From the IMG/VR virus record IMGVR_UViG_3300017766_001583, positions 2,452-66,451 of that record: DNA of 64,000 nucleotides; one strand, written 5' to 3'. Position numbers and translations under genes: made by a program. A model generated the notes under the pieces. That model was not told the origin of the DNA. It did no database searches and saw only the letters and a list, made by a program, of their open reading frames with translations. Shown piece after piece: positions 35,607 through 43,559 of this stretch; position 1 is the stretch's first letter, and each line of letters begins with the position of its first letter. This DNA is from a virus. Its lineage: Duplodnaviria; Caudoviricetes.

Positions 35607-35689
35607 AGTTCCTCCAGTAACAGTGTTACTCATGATATCACCAGTCGAGTACGTTGTCAGTCATGTCATGACACATCAGGCTCTAAAAT

Positions 35690-35763
35690 CTCCAAGGGGT
35701 GGACTCGGGCCCTTCCCCGACCCAGACCTGACCACACGGGCCAGATCCCAGTCAACCTTGGAG
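35690..35763 (-). ncRNA. Candidate three-way-junction structured RNA
   Basis: Closing stem CUCCAAGG/CCUUGGAG, a 13/14-bp hairpin and a UCGGG/CCCGA hairpin. Confidence 0.4.
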
Positions 35764-35938
35764 GCAGCGATTCGTTCATCGGCGGGCTTGGTACGGCCAC
35801 CCTTGGTCCCACCGACTACCCTGGTCCCTCACTGACAGGCCAGGACGCTACTGCCGGGGTGTCGAGCAGAGCGTGTCTTTTCTTCCGAGCCACCGATTCA
35901 AGTGCGCTGCTAACGGGCGGAGTCCGGTTGGCACAGAA

Positions 35939-36044
35939 ACAAAAAAGCCGCTAAGTCAGACCCCGGTGGAAGAACACTCTCTTTCGAGAATGCCACCCCT
36001 CTCGGGGTCGGGATCTGGCTAAGCGGCTCTTTTGGCTTCCACGC
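35939..36044 (-). promoter_or_regulatory. Attenuator-like long hairpin with U-tract and alternative pairing (c4-a1b1 / P4-immunity-like)
   Basis: AGCCGCU/AGCGGCU, GACCCCG/CGGGGUC, CAUUCUC-GAAA-GAGAGUG, U6; upstream GUGGAAG complementary to internal CUUCCAC. Confidence 0.6.
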
Positions 36045-36054
36045 CAACGGCACC

Positions 36055-36083
36055 ATTGGATCACGGCGCTGCGTCTGCGTCAA
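36055..36083 (-). promoter_or_regulatory. Sigma70-type promoter for the replication operon
   Basis: TTGACG-17 bp-TCCAAT on the minus strand, directly after a terminator. Confidence 0.5.
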
Positions 36084-36086
36084 GCG

Positions 36087-36112
36087 AAAAAAAACCCCCG
36101 GAGGTGGGGGTT
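36087..36112 (-). terminator. Rho-independent terminator
   Basis: AACCCCC-ACCTCC-GGGGGTT followed by a T-run (minus strand). Confidence 0.85.
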
Positions 36113-36147
36113 AAATCTCTCAGGAGAGGAGAGAGGAGACAGAAGAA

Positions 36148-36405
36148 TCATACCAGCTTCTTGATCGTATCGTCCAGCACTGATAGCTCAGTCTTCTTGG
36201 TGATCGACCACATATGGCGGCGGCCATGGATCCCATTGTGGCTACCCTGGTGGCAGTCCTTACAGAGCGGGATGCACAGCCGGTGGAGTCCCTGCTCGAT
36301 GTGATGAGCATCTGATGGCCCTGCTTGGCCGCAGACCCCGCACGGCAAAGACTTCACCGCGGCCAGATGCTCGCGATCCGCGGCGGTCAGATTCTTGCTG
36401 TTCAA
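36148..36405 (-). CDS. DUF968/Ref-like small HNH-type nuclease
   Basis: HLAAVKSLPCGVCG...DAHH...CIPLCKDCH...GIH. Confidence 0.75.
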   Translation of the reverse strand: MNSKNLTAADREHLAAVKSLPCGVCGQAGPSDAHHIEQGLHRLCIPLCKDCHQGSHNGIHGRRHMWSITKKTELSVLDDTIKKLV

Positions 36406-36614
36406 AACTCGATCCTGTAGGCGAACACGATCACTCCCCCGGCAATGGTTGCCAAGGCATCCCGCGGGTCAGGAGTGTGCTTGTTTCGATGTTTACTGTC
36501 GTAAATCTCTTTCGCAACCGCGGCTGTTATGGCTACCATGAGAGCTGTTTCGGGTTTCTCTAACGGGTTCGCCGCCAGTGCCATGCCAACTAACAGATGC
36601 AGGATCTTATCCAT
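36402..36614 (-). CDS. Small membrane protein
   Basis: DKILH..VG...AKEIYD...DPRDALATIAGG. Confidence 0.65.
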   Translation of the reverse strand: MDKILHLLVGMALAANPLEKPETALMVAITAAVAKEIYDSKHRNKHTPDPRDALATIAGGVIVFAYRIEF

Positions 36615-36756
36615 CTTTCTTCTCGGACTTGTCTTTGGAGTCCTTTACATCACGGTCTGGCTTTTTGTCATCGTCGGAATATTTATACTCGTACTTCCTT
36701 AAGCTTATCTTGGGCGGCATATCGATATGATCGCCGACCCATCCTTCTCAGTCAAT

Positions 36757-36939
36757 TTACCGTTCGTTCCACTCCCGCGGAGCCATCATGCTGTACTTGC
36801 TCCTCGCATCCAAATCGATCTGCGACACAATCTTCTTAAAATCTCGACACGGTTTGCACTTGTCGCACTTACGTTCGCACTGTTTGAAGATTGTGCACTT
36901 AACACTTTCGGGTGATGGCCGCGGGTCTTGTTGGAACAT
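36757..36939 (-). CDS. Small Cys-rich hypothetical protein
   Basis: CTIFKQCERKCDKCKPC. Confidence 0.45.
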   Translation of the reverse strand: MFQQDPRPSPESVKCTIFKQCERKCDKCKPCRDFKKIVSQIDLDARSKYSMMAPREWNER

Positions 36940-36942
36940 TTC

Positions 36943-37230
36943 TTATCTTAGTACTTTGTTGAACATCCACGCCGCAGCGGGATCGGTCTTGAGTTTAGGG
37001 GGCAGGGGGATTTCCCCTACTGCTTTATAAATATACCGATTGCCCGCAGTTCTGCCGACACGGGCAACAACTCGCCTTTCTACTAACTTCTCCATTGCAA
37101 GCCGCACCTTATCGCGCGGTAGGTGAAGCTTCGCAGCCGCTGCATCAATCGAAAGTTCTTCTTTAGCGACCATCTCAAGGACGATCTGCCGCAGGGGCTT
37201 GGGTTTGCCTAGTCGTTTGCTGTATGTCAT
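36943..37230 (-). CDS. Winged-HTH protein
   Basis: LSIDAAAAKLHLPRDKVRLAMEKLVERRVVAR. Confidence 0.6.
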   Translation of the reverse strand: MTYSKRLGKPKPLRQIVLEMVAKEELSIDAAAAKLHLPRDKVRLAMEKLVERRVVARVGRTAGNRYIYKAVGEIPLPPKLKTDPAAAWMFNKVLR

Positions 37231-37239
37231 AGCGATTCG

Positions 37240-37458
37240 TTACTCCACTCCATTTTGTAAATTCCATCTTGATTTGTCGTGGAAAAGTTCAAGTGCTTTC
37301 CTGCCTTCTGGCGTTAATTGGTTAGCATCAATCAGACCGCGGCGCACCAATGACCAATAGGTCCCGCCGGCCCCTCGTTTGCCACTGAAAATAGCCCCCC
37401 ATTCGCAACCGTTCTCAAGTGTTTGCAACATAAAGGCCTGGGCAGGGGATAGCCTCAT
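37240..37458 (-). CDS. Hypothetical protein
   Basis: 72 aa, coupled; SLVRRGLI...LTPEGR. Confidence 0.55.
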   Translation of the reverse strand: MRLSPAQAFMLQTLENGCEWGAIFSGKRGAGGTYWSLVRRGLIDANQLTPEGRKALELFHDKSRWNLQNGVE

Positions 37459-37688
37459 TCCTTCCCGGTTTTAATAGGCACGTTACTCCACTCCACTTTG
37501 TAGATCCCGCCATCCAGCCCAAAGTCCACGCGCAGGTTGCACTCTTTGAAAACGGGATGGATGGGGTGCCCAAGGTTGTGGGATAGGGGAGTAACTCTGT
37601 AGTAATTACTCTGAAGGATCTTGTGCTGATCCTCGGGCGGAAGGACCGGGCCGGTGTACACGGGGGGGTTAGTTGCCGGGCCTTTCAT
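37455..37688 (-). CDS. Hypothetical protein
   Basis: 77-aa coupled ORF. Confidence 0.5.
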   Translation of the reverse strand: MKGPATNPPVYTGPVLPPEDQHKILQSNYYRVTPLSHNLGHPIHPVFKECNLRVDFGLDGGIYKVEWSNVPIKTGKE

Positions 37689-37996
37689 CCCCTTCCCCTT
37701 GCGCGAATCATCACCGCAGCGGCAAGCGTCCCGTGTCCTTCAATGCCTGTTTGCTCCACAACATTTGCACACGCCTCACGTTCAGCAGCGGCGACAAGAT
37801 TAGCGAAGTGATACCGGGTAAATTGCTCGCCGGCTTTTATAGATTCGGTCAGTGCTTGTTGCCATAGCGTGTCAATGTCGTCGCGGTTCATTGTTCTTCC
37901 ATCCAATCTGACTTTTGTTGCCGCTCTAGCATTTTCTGCAAATCTCTTTCCAGTATTGATAATAGCTTTGCGTAGGTTATCGGCGTATTCACTCAT
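37685..37996 (-). CDS. Hypothetical protein
   Basis: FANLVAAAEREACA motif common in phage accessory proteins. Confidence 0.6.
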   Translation of the reverse strand: MSEYADNLRKAIINTGKRFAENARAATKVRLDGRTMNRDDIDTLWQQALTESIKAGEQFTRYHFANLVAAAEREACANVVEQTGIEGHGTLAAAVMIRARGRG

Positions 37997-38904
37997 CCCT
38001 CTTCCCTTTTCTTTCGCGGCTGTGTGATCGAAAACCTAACGTCGTGCATTACGAATGAATCTATACCGCGCATGTGCTTGTTGATGTCGATATCGACTCC
38101 TTCTTTAAGTCGCCGCTTGTGTGCTTTGACCCAATGCAATATAGGACGCAACCTCCCAGAGTTAGTGAGGGGAACCGACCGGGCATAGAACAAACTTTTT
38201 ATGTATTCCTCATCAATTGAGAACATGGCCCTTGCGGGATAATTTTCCCAAAACTCTTCCGTTGCTTGCACTTCCCAAAAGTAACGCCTGTCGTTATGTA
38301 GGCCAACCACATAGGAAAGGAGCAGGGCGGGGTACATGGACGGTACGCCGTTAAGCGAACACCCAACACAAGTGCCATCAGGAAAGATACCTGCAAAAGC
38401 CGGTTGAACTATAGTTTCCATCTCGCCTTTGGAATCTGCTACAACAGACTTAGAAAGGGATTCATAACCAAGATACATACCAACTCTAAAAACATGACTA
38501 ACACCTGAAAGCGCCCTGTGTTTCTTTGCAAAACCAGCCTGTACTTTTTGCGCGTATACCGCGCTTGCATATATCCCCCGAGCAGGACTAGGCATGTGGA
38601 CTACTGCGTTATACGGTATCTCGTCGTTCACCGTATCTATTTGGCCCAAAAGCGTAATCCGATCTTTCCAAGGAAACCGAACCCCGTAGTCCACTAGCGG
38701 CGCGTAATCTTCTATCCTCAAAGTCTTAGTATTAGTTGCTGATCTTTGGTGATTGTTCATTACCAATAACATGGCCTTCGTGGCAGAGTCAGCTATTTCC
38801 TCGTCATCCAAAACAAAACTACTGGCGCGAATAAACTTCTGTTGGGGGGTGTGTTTTACGACTGACGAAGAATTTATAAATTTCAAAAGGTTCATTTTGC
38901 CCAC
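37993..38904 (-). CDS. Hypothetical protein (AT-richer)
   Basis: 303 aa; C-terminal GRLRPILHWVKAHKRR...HMRG. Confidence 0.65.
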   Translation of the reverse strand: MGKMNLLKFINSSSVVKHTPQQKFIRASSFVLDDEEIADSATKAMLLVMNNHQRSATNTKTLRIEDYAPLVDYGVRFPWKDRITLLGQIDTVNDEIPYNAVVHMPSPARGIYASAVYAQKVQAGFAKKHRALSGVSHVFRVGMYLGYESLSKSVVADSKGEMETIVQPAFAGIFPDGTCVGCSLNGVPSMYPALLLSYVVGLHNDRRYFWEVQATEEFWENYPARAMFSIDEEYIKSLFYARSVPLTNSGRLRPILHWVKAHKRRLKEGVDIDINKHMRGIDSFVMHDVRFSITQPRKKREEG

Positions 38905-39185
38905 CCCTTCGCCTTGGCAAGCTCACGACAAGCGCACGCATAATGCGCCGGCCCCCAGCTCCAGCATCCCTCTGCATGAGTGAACTGCCTGTGCTTTGAT
39001 AGCGCATCGGTATATGTCGCATATGCCTGTTCCTTACCCAGCGCATCACGTAGCTGCTCCATGAGATCCCAAACCGGGCGCCACTGAGCGCAGTCCGGGC
39101 ACCCTGGCTCTTTGCAGTCTGCATCTAGGTCTGCGGTCATGGACTCCAAAACCTCAAGAATCCTTTCCATTTCGGTCTTGCTCAT
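38892..39185 (-). CDS. Hypothetical protein
   Basis: CKEPGCPDC; HAEGCWSWGPAHYACA. Confidence 0.55.
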   Translation of the reverse strand: MSKTEMERILEVLESMTADLDADCKEPGCPDCAQWRPVWDLMEQLRDALGKEQAYATYTDALSKHRQFTHAEGCWSWGPAHYACACRELAKAKGWAK

Positions 39186-39408
39186 CTGTTGCTCCGCATT
39201 CTCTTATCCTCCAGTAAGTTTTACCGCCTGACTTGTAAGTAACAGTCACAAGCTTACGATCCCACAAATTATGCAGTGCGCGGGCAATGTTGCTTCGTCC
39301 GACTCCGACTTCATCGCACACTTGCTGAACGGTTTGTGTTCCGTTCTTTTCCAGCACTCGCAAGATCAAAATCTTGGTTGGGTCTAAGTTAGAACGGCGC
39401 GGGTTCAT
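39154..39408 (-). CDS. Winged-HTH (MarR/TrmB-like) protein
   Basis: ILRVLEKNGTQTVQQVCDEVGVGRSNIARALHNL. Confidence 0.7.
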   Translation of the reverse strand: MNPRRSNLDPTKILILRVLEKNGTQTVQQVCDEVGVGRSNIARALHNLWDRKLVTVTYKSGGKTYWRIRECGATDEQDRNGKDS

Positions 39409-39589
39409 AGTCGGCGGTATCGACACTCTTCTTCTTGTGCTTCTTCAGCTCGCTGACCGGAACAACCTCTTGAGCTGGGAACGGGAAGCCATTTGAAGAA
39501 GGGAAGCGAACCACTGCATAGCCCGCTGTGCCAACAACATCCACAACACCGTGCCGGCCGTTATGCGTGACCCACATCCCCGGAGTCAT
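39389..39589 (-). CDS. Small SH3-like hypothetical protein
   Basis: GMWVTHNGRHGVVDVV. Confidence 0.5.
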   Translation of the reverse strand: MTPGMWVTHNGRHGVVDVVGTAGYAVVRFPSSNGFPFPAQEVVPVSELKKHKKKSVDTADYEPAPF

Positions 39590-39789
39590 GCCTGATCCTT
39601 GGTTTGATAAGGAATGCCGTTGTTCTCTTTCAGCAGCTCGATGTTTGCCTTCATGAGCCTAAGCTCAGTGATTGCGCGAACAGCCTCGACTGAAGCCTGA
39701 TCCCAATCTTTCCTGATCATCAACTCTTCCATGCTTTTGACTAACTGTTTAATGGAAATTATTTGTTCCGAATAATCGATCACCGCCAT
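39586..39789 (-). CDS. Hypothetical protein
   Basis: 67-aa helical, coupled ORF. Confidence 0.55.
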   Translation of the reverse strand: MAVIDYSEQIISIKQLVKSMEELMIRKDWDQASVEAVRAITELRLMKANIELLKENNGIPYQTKDQA

Positions 39790-40034
39790 GGCCGCTCCAT
39801 AAACTCAAACACCTCTAGGTCAAGTTGCTCGTTTTCCGACAAGGTCATATGACGCTCCAACCATTTTGCTGGACGGCCTCGGCGAGTCAGTATCATGTAG
39901 TCGCCATGACCGCCTTCTTCTGGGCACCAGTTGTCTGGTGGGCCAGACAAAATTGGCGGGCGATACGGCTCCCAGTCAGTTACTTGAATGATGCACGTGA
40001 TGCCGCGGATGGTCGTTTCAAATTCACCGATCAT
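39780..40034 (-). CDS. Hypothetical protein
   Basis: SGPPDNWCPEEGG...GRPAKWLE. Confidence 0.6.
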   Translation of the reverse strand: MIGEFETTIRGITCIIQVTDWEPYRPPILSGPPDNWCPEEGGHGDYMILTRRGRPAKWLERHMTLSENEQLDLEVFEFMERPWR

Positions 40035-40294
40035 TTGGCCAGCCCCATAACTCGATCAGATAGCACGGCACCCATGTCCCTGCCTTTGATCGCAATCATC
40101 TGGGCCTCGGGGCATTCGTAGATCACTTGGACCGCGTCCTTGATGCCAGCGTTGTAGCCGGCCACATAGCTTTCGTTGCCAGCCAGGATCATGGTGATGG
40201 CGTCCCGAATCAAAGCAGATGCCTTTCGTTCCTTGGCAAACTCCTTGAGCTTTGCGTGCGTATCCTCCGGTAGGTAGAAGGAGTACGGGATCAT
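40031..40294 (-). CDS. Ribbon-helix-helix protein
   Basis: PYSFYLPEDTHAKLKEFAK...SALIRDAI; start re-called by ATGA overlap. Confidence 0.65.
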   Translation of the reverse strand: MIPYSFYLPEDTHAKLKEFAKERKASALIRDAITMILAGNESYVAGYNAGIKDAVQVIYECPEAQMIAIKGRDMGAVLSDRVMGLAK

Positions 40295-40710
40295 TTTCTT
40301 TTCCACTTTGTAAACTCCATGTTGATTTGCTCCAGCTTGAGGCGGGCATCTTGATTGGTTTTTAGCTCCGCTCTTGAGGGAATCCCCAAGTATTCGCGGA
40401 ACCATTCAATCGCAAGCCCAACATCGTTGTAAGCAATGTGTCCAAAGTGCGCCAAGAACTTTAAGAACTCAGGATCGTTAGTCAGGATGCCGGCTCTCTT
40501 GACTGCCTGAGCGCCGATAAATTCATCCTGCCGATTCATCGGTTCTTCGTGCTGGTTCAGTCGGACCATCACCACCTGATACCGCGCCCCGACCCAATCC
40601 CGAAGAAGCTCCTCTGGAATCTCGTCGGGTTGCAGGCAAAGCGTCAAAACGTATCCGGTCTTATCCTGCTTGAGCGCAACTTTGACTGCTTCAAACTGGA
40701 GCGTATTCAT
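40291..40710 (-). CDS. Conserved phage hypothetical protein
   Basis: QFEAVKVALKQDKTGYVLTL; SRAELKTN. Confidence 0.65.
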   Translation of the reverse strand: MNTLQFEAVKVALKQDKTGYVLTLCLQPDEIPEELLRDWVGARYQVVMVRLNQHEEPMNRQDEFIGAQAVKRAGILTNDPEFLKFLAHFGHIAYNDVGLAIEWFREYLGIPSRAELKTNQDARLKLEQINMEFTKWKRK

Positions 40711-40905
40711 CTACCACCACCCAAACCAAATGCCTGTGCCATGAACGCAGGCGATTGGAAAAAGAAGCGCCCCCGCAATCAAGAACCCCCAGGCTGACGT
40801 TGCCAAACAAACAACGACATGGGTGATCCATGATGCCAAGACCCAAGTAAGAAAGGCGACTGCACCAAAGTTCACGGCGTCCTCCTCAGAAAGGAATTTC
40901 TTCAT
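40711..40905 (-). CDS. Small membrane protein
   Basis: Two hydrophobic helices; FPIACVHGTGIWFG. Confidence 0.6.
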   Translation of the reverse strand: MKKFLSEEDAVNFGAVAFLTWVLASWITHVVVCLATSAWGFLIAGALLFPIACVHGTGIWFGWW

Positions 40906-41215
40906 CATCTGCCGGCCTCTGAACAGGCTTGGGTGCGGGCTTGGGCGCGGGCTTGGAGTACGAAGGCTTGGAGTCGTCGCGCACAAACGGGGCTGACGCG
41001 CTCAACGAAAAGCGACGGCGGCCATTGCTTTCTGCCTCCCATGAAGACACTGCAATCTTGATCAGGTCATCATTGGACTGGCCAAGCATCTCCTCGATGA
41101 AGGACCGATCCAGAAACAAATCGCCTTTGAGGTCGGGGTGATTGGGCGACTTCTTGTAGTCGTTTTGCCAAAGGGTGCCCGTATTGGGCTTAGGTACATA
41201 GGTACTCATAGTCAC
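40886..41215 (-). CDS. ssb: Single-stranded DNA-binding protein
   Basis: NTGTLWQN..K...HPDLKG, Pro-rich linker, acidic tail DDEEIPF. Confidence 0.75.
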   Translation of the reverse strand: MTMSTYVPKPNTGTLWQNDYKKSPNHPDLKGDLFLDRSFIEEMLGQSNDDLIKIAVSSWEAESNGRRRFSLSASAPFVRDDSKPSYSKPAPKPAPKPVQRPADDEEIPF

Positions 41216-41886
41216 TCCGTAAACTGAGCTTTGGTTCTAGAAAAATCCGCCATCAGGTCTTTGAAGAACACGGGGTCTTTGGCCTTGACAGCGTCAAATA
41301 GCTGCTTGTTCTTCTTGAAGATTTGAAGCACATCATCTGCACTCTCGGCCATAACAAGCGTGACCCCGACCGCATCTTTAACCGCCTCAAGCCAGTCGCT
41401 TGAATTAGGAGTGATAGATGCTTTGATCTGCCAGCCCCCTTGTTGGCCAACGATCGTTCGTGGCTTGTCTTCCGCCGGCTTAACTTCCTTGGGCTTGGCC
41501 TCCTTTGGTTCGCTTGGCTCAGAAATATCAATCGGATCATGCTCAACAATCTCCATGGCGGCCAGCCATAGGTACCGACGCTGATATGACTGCACCGCCC
41601 CAAGGTTCTGGATAGGATGCAATCCCTTCAGATTGGCTTCTGCCATGGGGCTGCTGATGGTCACTGCCGATCCGTCTTCCGTGTCGGTGATGGTTAACGT
41701 GGCCATCTCCGGCGTGAATGACACGACGCTCGCAAGCTTCAATCGGTGAAAGATCAACATGGTCGCAGGGAGAAAGTCCTGCAACTCAAAGTAGCTGTAA
41801 TCAGCAAACTTGTTGCGCCCGCTCTTCTTCAGGTCGCGCTGACCCAACGCGACCCGAGCATCCATCAATTTAGCGAGAACTGTCAT
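41212..41886 (-). CDS. erf: ERF-family ssDNA annealing protein
   Basis: KKSGRNKFADYSYFEL...QNLGAVQSYQRRY. Confidence 0.8.
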   Translation of the reverse strand: MTVLAKLMDARVALGQRDLKKSGRNKFADYSYFELQDFLPATMLIFHRLKLASVVSFTPEMATLTITDTEDGSAVTISSPMAEANLKGLHPIQNLGAVQSYQRRYLWLAAMEIVEHDPIDISEPSEPKEAKPKEVKPAEDKPRTIVGQQGGWQIKASITPNSSDWLEAVKDAVGVTLVMAESADDVLQIFKKNKQLFDAVKAKDPVFFKDLMADFSRTKAQFTE

Positions 41887-42236
41887 TTAGCACCTCTACG
41901 TTTGTTCTTAACTCCGGGCGGACGGCCACGGCGGCGCACGCCAACAATGCTGGCCGGGGTTTTAACGATGGGCTTGACCGCTACCAGCTCGACTTCCAGC
42001 GGCTTGACCTCAACAATCTTCGCCGGCTCTTGAGGTTCTTGCAGCTCGATCAATTTAGACAGGTAATGCTGAGCCTTTTGCAGGTCTTCAATACCGCCCT
42101 TGAGCGAATGGCGGCTTACATACTTGACGACGCAGCCTTCCAAGTAGCCCAGGCCGTTGCTGACAATGAAGTCCCACGGCTGAACGGCTTTGGTTTTGTA
42201 GTGGTCGCCGCCGATTTGTGTGTCATTTGCTGACAT
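41883..42236 (-). CDS. DUF3310 (SaV-like) protein
   Basis: QIGGDHYK...QPWD...YLEGCVVKYVSR...EDLQKAQHYL. Confidence 0.85.
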   Translation of the reverse strand: MSANDTQIGGDHYKTKAVQPWDFIVSNGLGYLEGCVVKYVSRHSLKGGIEDLQKAQHYLSKLIELQEPQEPAKIVEVKPLEVELVAVKPIVKTPASIVGVRRRGRPPGVKNKRRGAK

Positions 42237-43113
42237 GATTGCTCCTAGATTGATATTCCTGCCATTGTTGGCAGTACGTGTTGACCGAGCAGAAGTTTGC
42301 GCAACGTGACCGCTCGCCTGGACGGACTTCAACTTCGTAGTCCTTGCCCAGTTGCTCGGCCATTTGCTTTGCCTCCTCCTCGGTTTGATGCAGCGACTTC
42401 GCCCGAACGTTCCCTGCCTTGCGCACCGCGAAGACTGCGGGCTTTTCCCACATCTCTTCTGGTGTGCAATCAGGCAGAGACTCTCCGGTCTCCATCGCAA
42501 ACTCGCAGGCCGAATGTTTTGAGATGCGGTCCATTACAAACCGCTCCCGCTCTTCCATCGGCCATAACTTGATAGGCAGCTCCTTGATCGGAGCCTCGGG
42601 GTAGCCTTCCTTGTTGGCGGCGTCCCGTCTGCTCCAGTCGCGGATGATGGCTACGATGCCAAGATCCTTGACCGGCGTCCCCTTGACCTTCTCGATCAGG
42701 TATCCGTAGATGTTGAGCTGATACTCCCACTCAACCTTCTCGTTCATAACCGCCCAGGCACTGGTCGTTTTGTAGTCACGGATGCTGACCGATCCGTCCG
42801 GGTGCTTGATCTGAAGGTCAACGGCACCGCTCAAGCGCCAGCCCTCGATCTCGATATGGATGCGCTCCTCGATCAGGTGCGTGTCATCCTTGCCGTGTTC
42901 CAAGACGGTGTGAACCGCCGACCCGAACAGGGACCAGACCATATCAGCCACATCTTCTTCAAGATCGGCCTCATGCTTGGCCGTCAAAGCTACAATCTTG
43001 GGGCTGTTGATCAGCCCAGTAGCCGAGATATTTGCCCGCCCCTTGCTGTAGGTTGGGCGCTTCAAGACGTTAACTATCGTCTGTGGCAGGTTAAACTTGT
43101 TTGTGAGTTTCAC
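42223..43113 (-). CDS. PD-(D/E)XK (Cas4-like) recombination exonuclease
   Basis: GSAVH, LSGAVD, IRDYKTT, QLNIY, C-terminal RCANFCSVNTYC; GTG start with AAGGAG. Confidence 0.8.
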   Translation of the reverse strand: MKLTNKFNLPQTIVNVLKRPTYSKGRANISATGLINSPKIVALTAKHEADLEEDVADMVWSLFGSAVHTVLEHGKDDTHLIEERIHIEIEGWRLSGAVDLQIKHPDGSVSIRDYKTTSAWAVMNEKVEWEYQLNIYGYLIEKVKGTPVKDLGIVAIIRDWSRRDAANKEGYPEAPIKELPIKLWPMEERERFVMDRISKHSACEFAMETGESLPDCTPEEMWEKPAVFAVRKAGNVRAKSLHQTEEEAKQMAEQLGKDYEVEVRPGERSRCANFCSVNTYCQQWQEYQSRSNHVSK

Positions 43114-43137
43114 TTGCGCTCCTTGGTGCGAGCGTCG

Positions 43138-43166
43138 ATTCTCTACGAACAGATTGCCCATGTCAA
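43138..43166 (-). promoter_or_regulatory. Sigma70-type promoter for the recombination operon
   Basis: TTGACA-17 bp-GAGAAT on the minus strand in the divergent gap. Confidence 0.5.
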
Positions 43167-43205
43167 CAGGTTGTACCCACCCCATCTCATCTGATGTGTA
43201 ACAAA

Positions 43206-43559
43206 ATGAAACCGATCCAGCTTGTCTTGCCCTGGCCTCCGAGCGTTAACAATTACTGGTTGCAGCGAGGCACGGCTAGGTTCATTGGTGCCAAGGGCAA
43301 AGCGTTCCGCAAGGCCGTCGCAGAAGAGTGCGCGGCCCAGGGGATCGTTGCTTTGGAGGGCAGGCTATCGATGCATGTGACCATGTGGCCACCGGATCGA
43401 CGCCGTCGGGATATCGATAACCCGATGAAGGCTTTGCTAGATGCCTGCGAACATGCCGGGTGCTACGAGGACGATGGGCAGATCGATGAGTTGCACATCG
43501 TCCGCCAAGAAGTGTATCGAGGCGGACGGTGCGTGATCATGATCTTGCCTATTCGGTAA
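43206..43559 (+). CDS. rusA: RusA Holliday junction resolvase
   Basis: LPWPPSVNNYW...PPDRRRRDIDN..KALLD...DDGQID. Confidence 0.9.
   Translation: MKPIQLVLPWPPSVNNYWLQRGTARFIGAKGKAFRKAVAEECAAQGIVALEGRLSMHVTMWPPDRRRRDIDNPMKALLDACEHAGCYEDDGQIDELHIVRQEVYRGGRCVIMILPIR

Noticed and set aside
42223-43113. Cas4-like nuclease as a sign of a CRISPR system
   Set aside because: Sits in the SSB/ERF recombination operon; no cas1 or array in view
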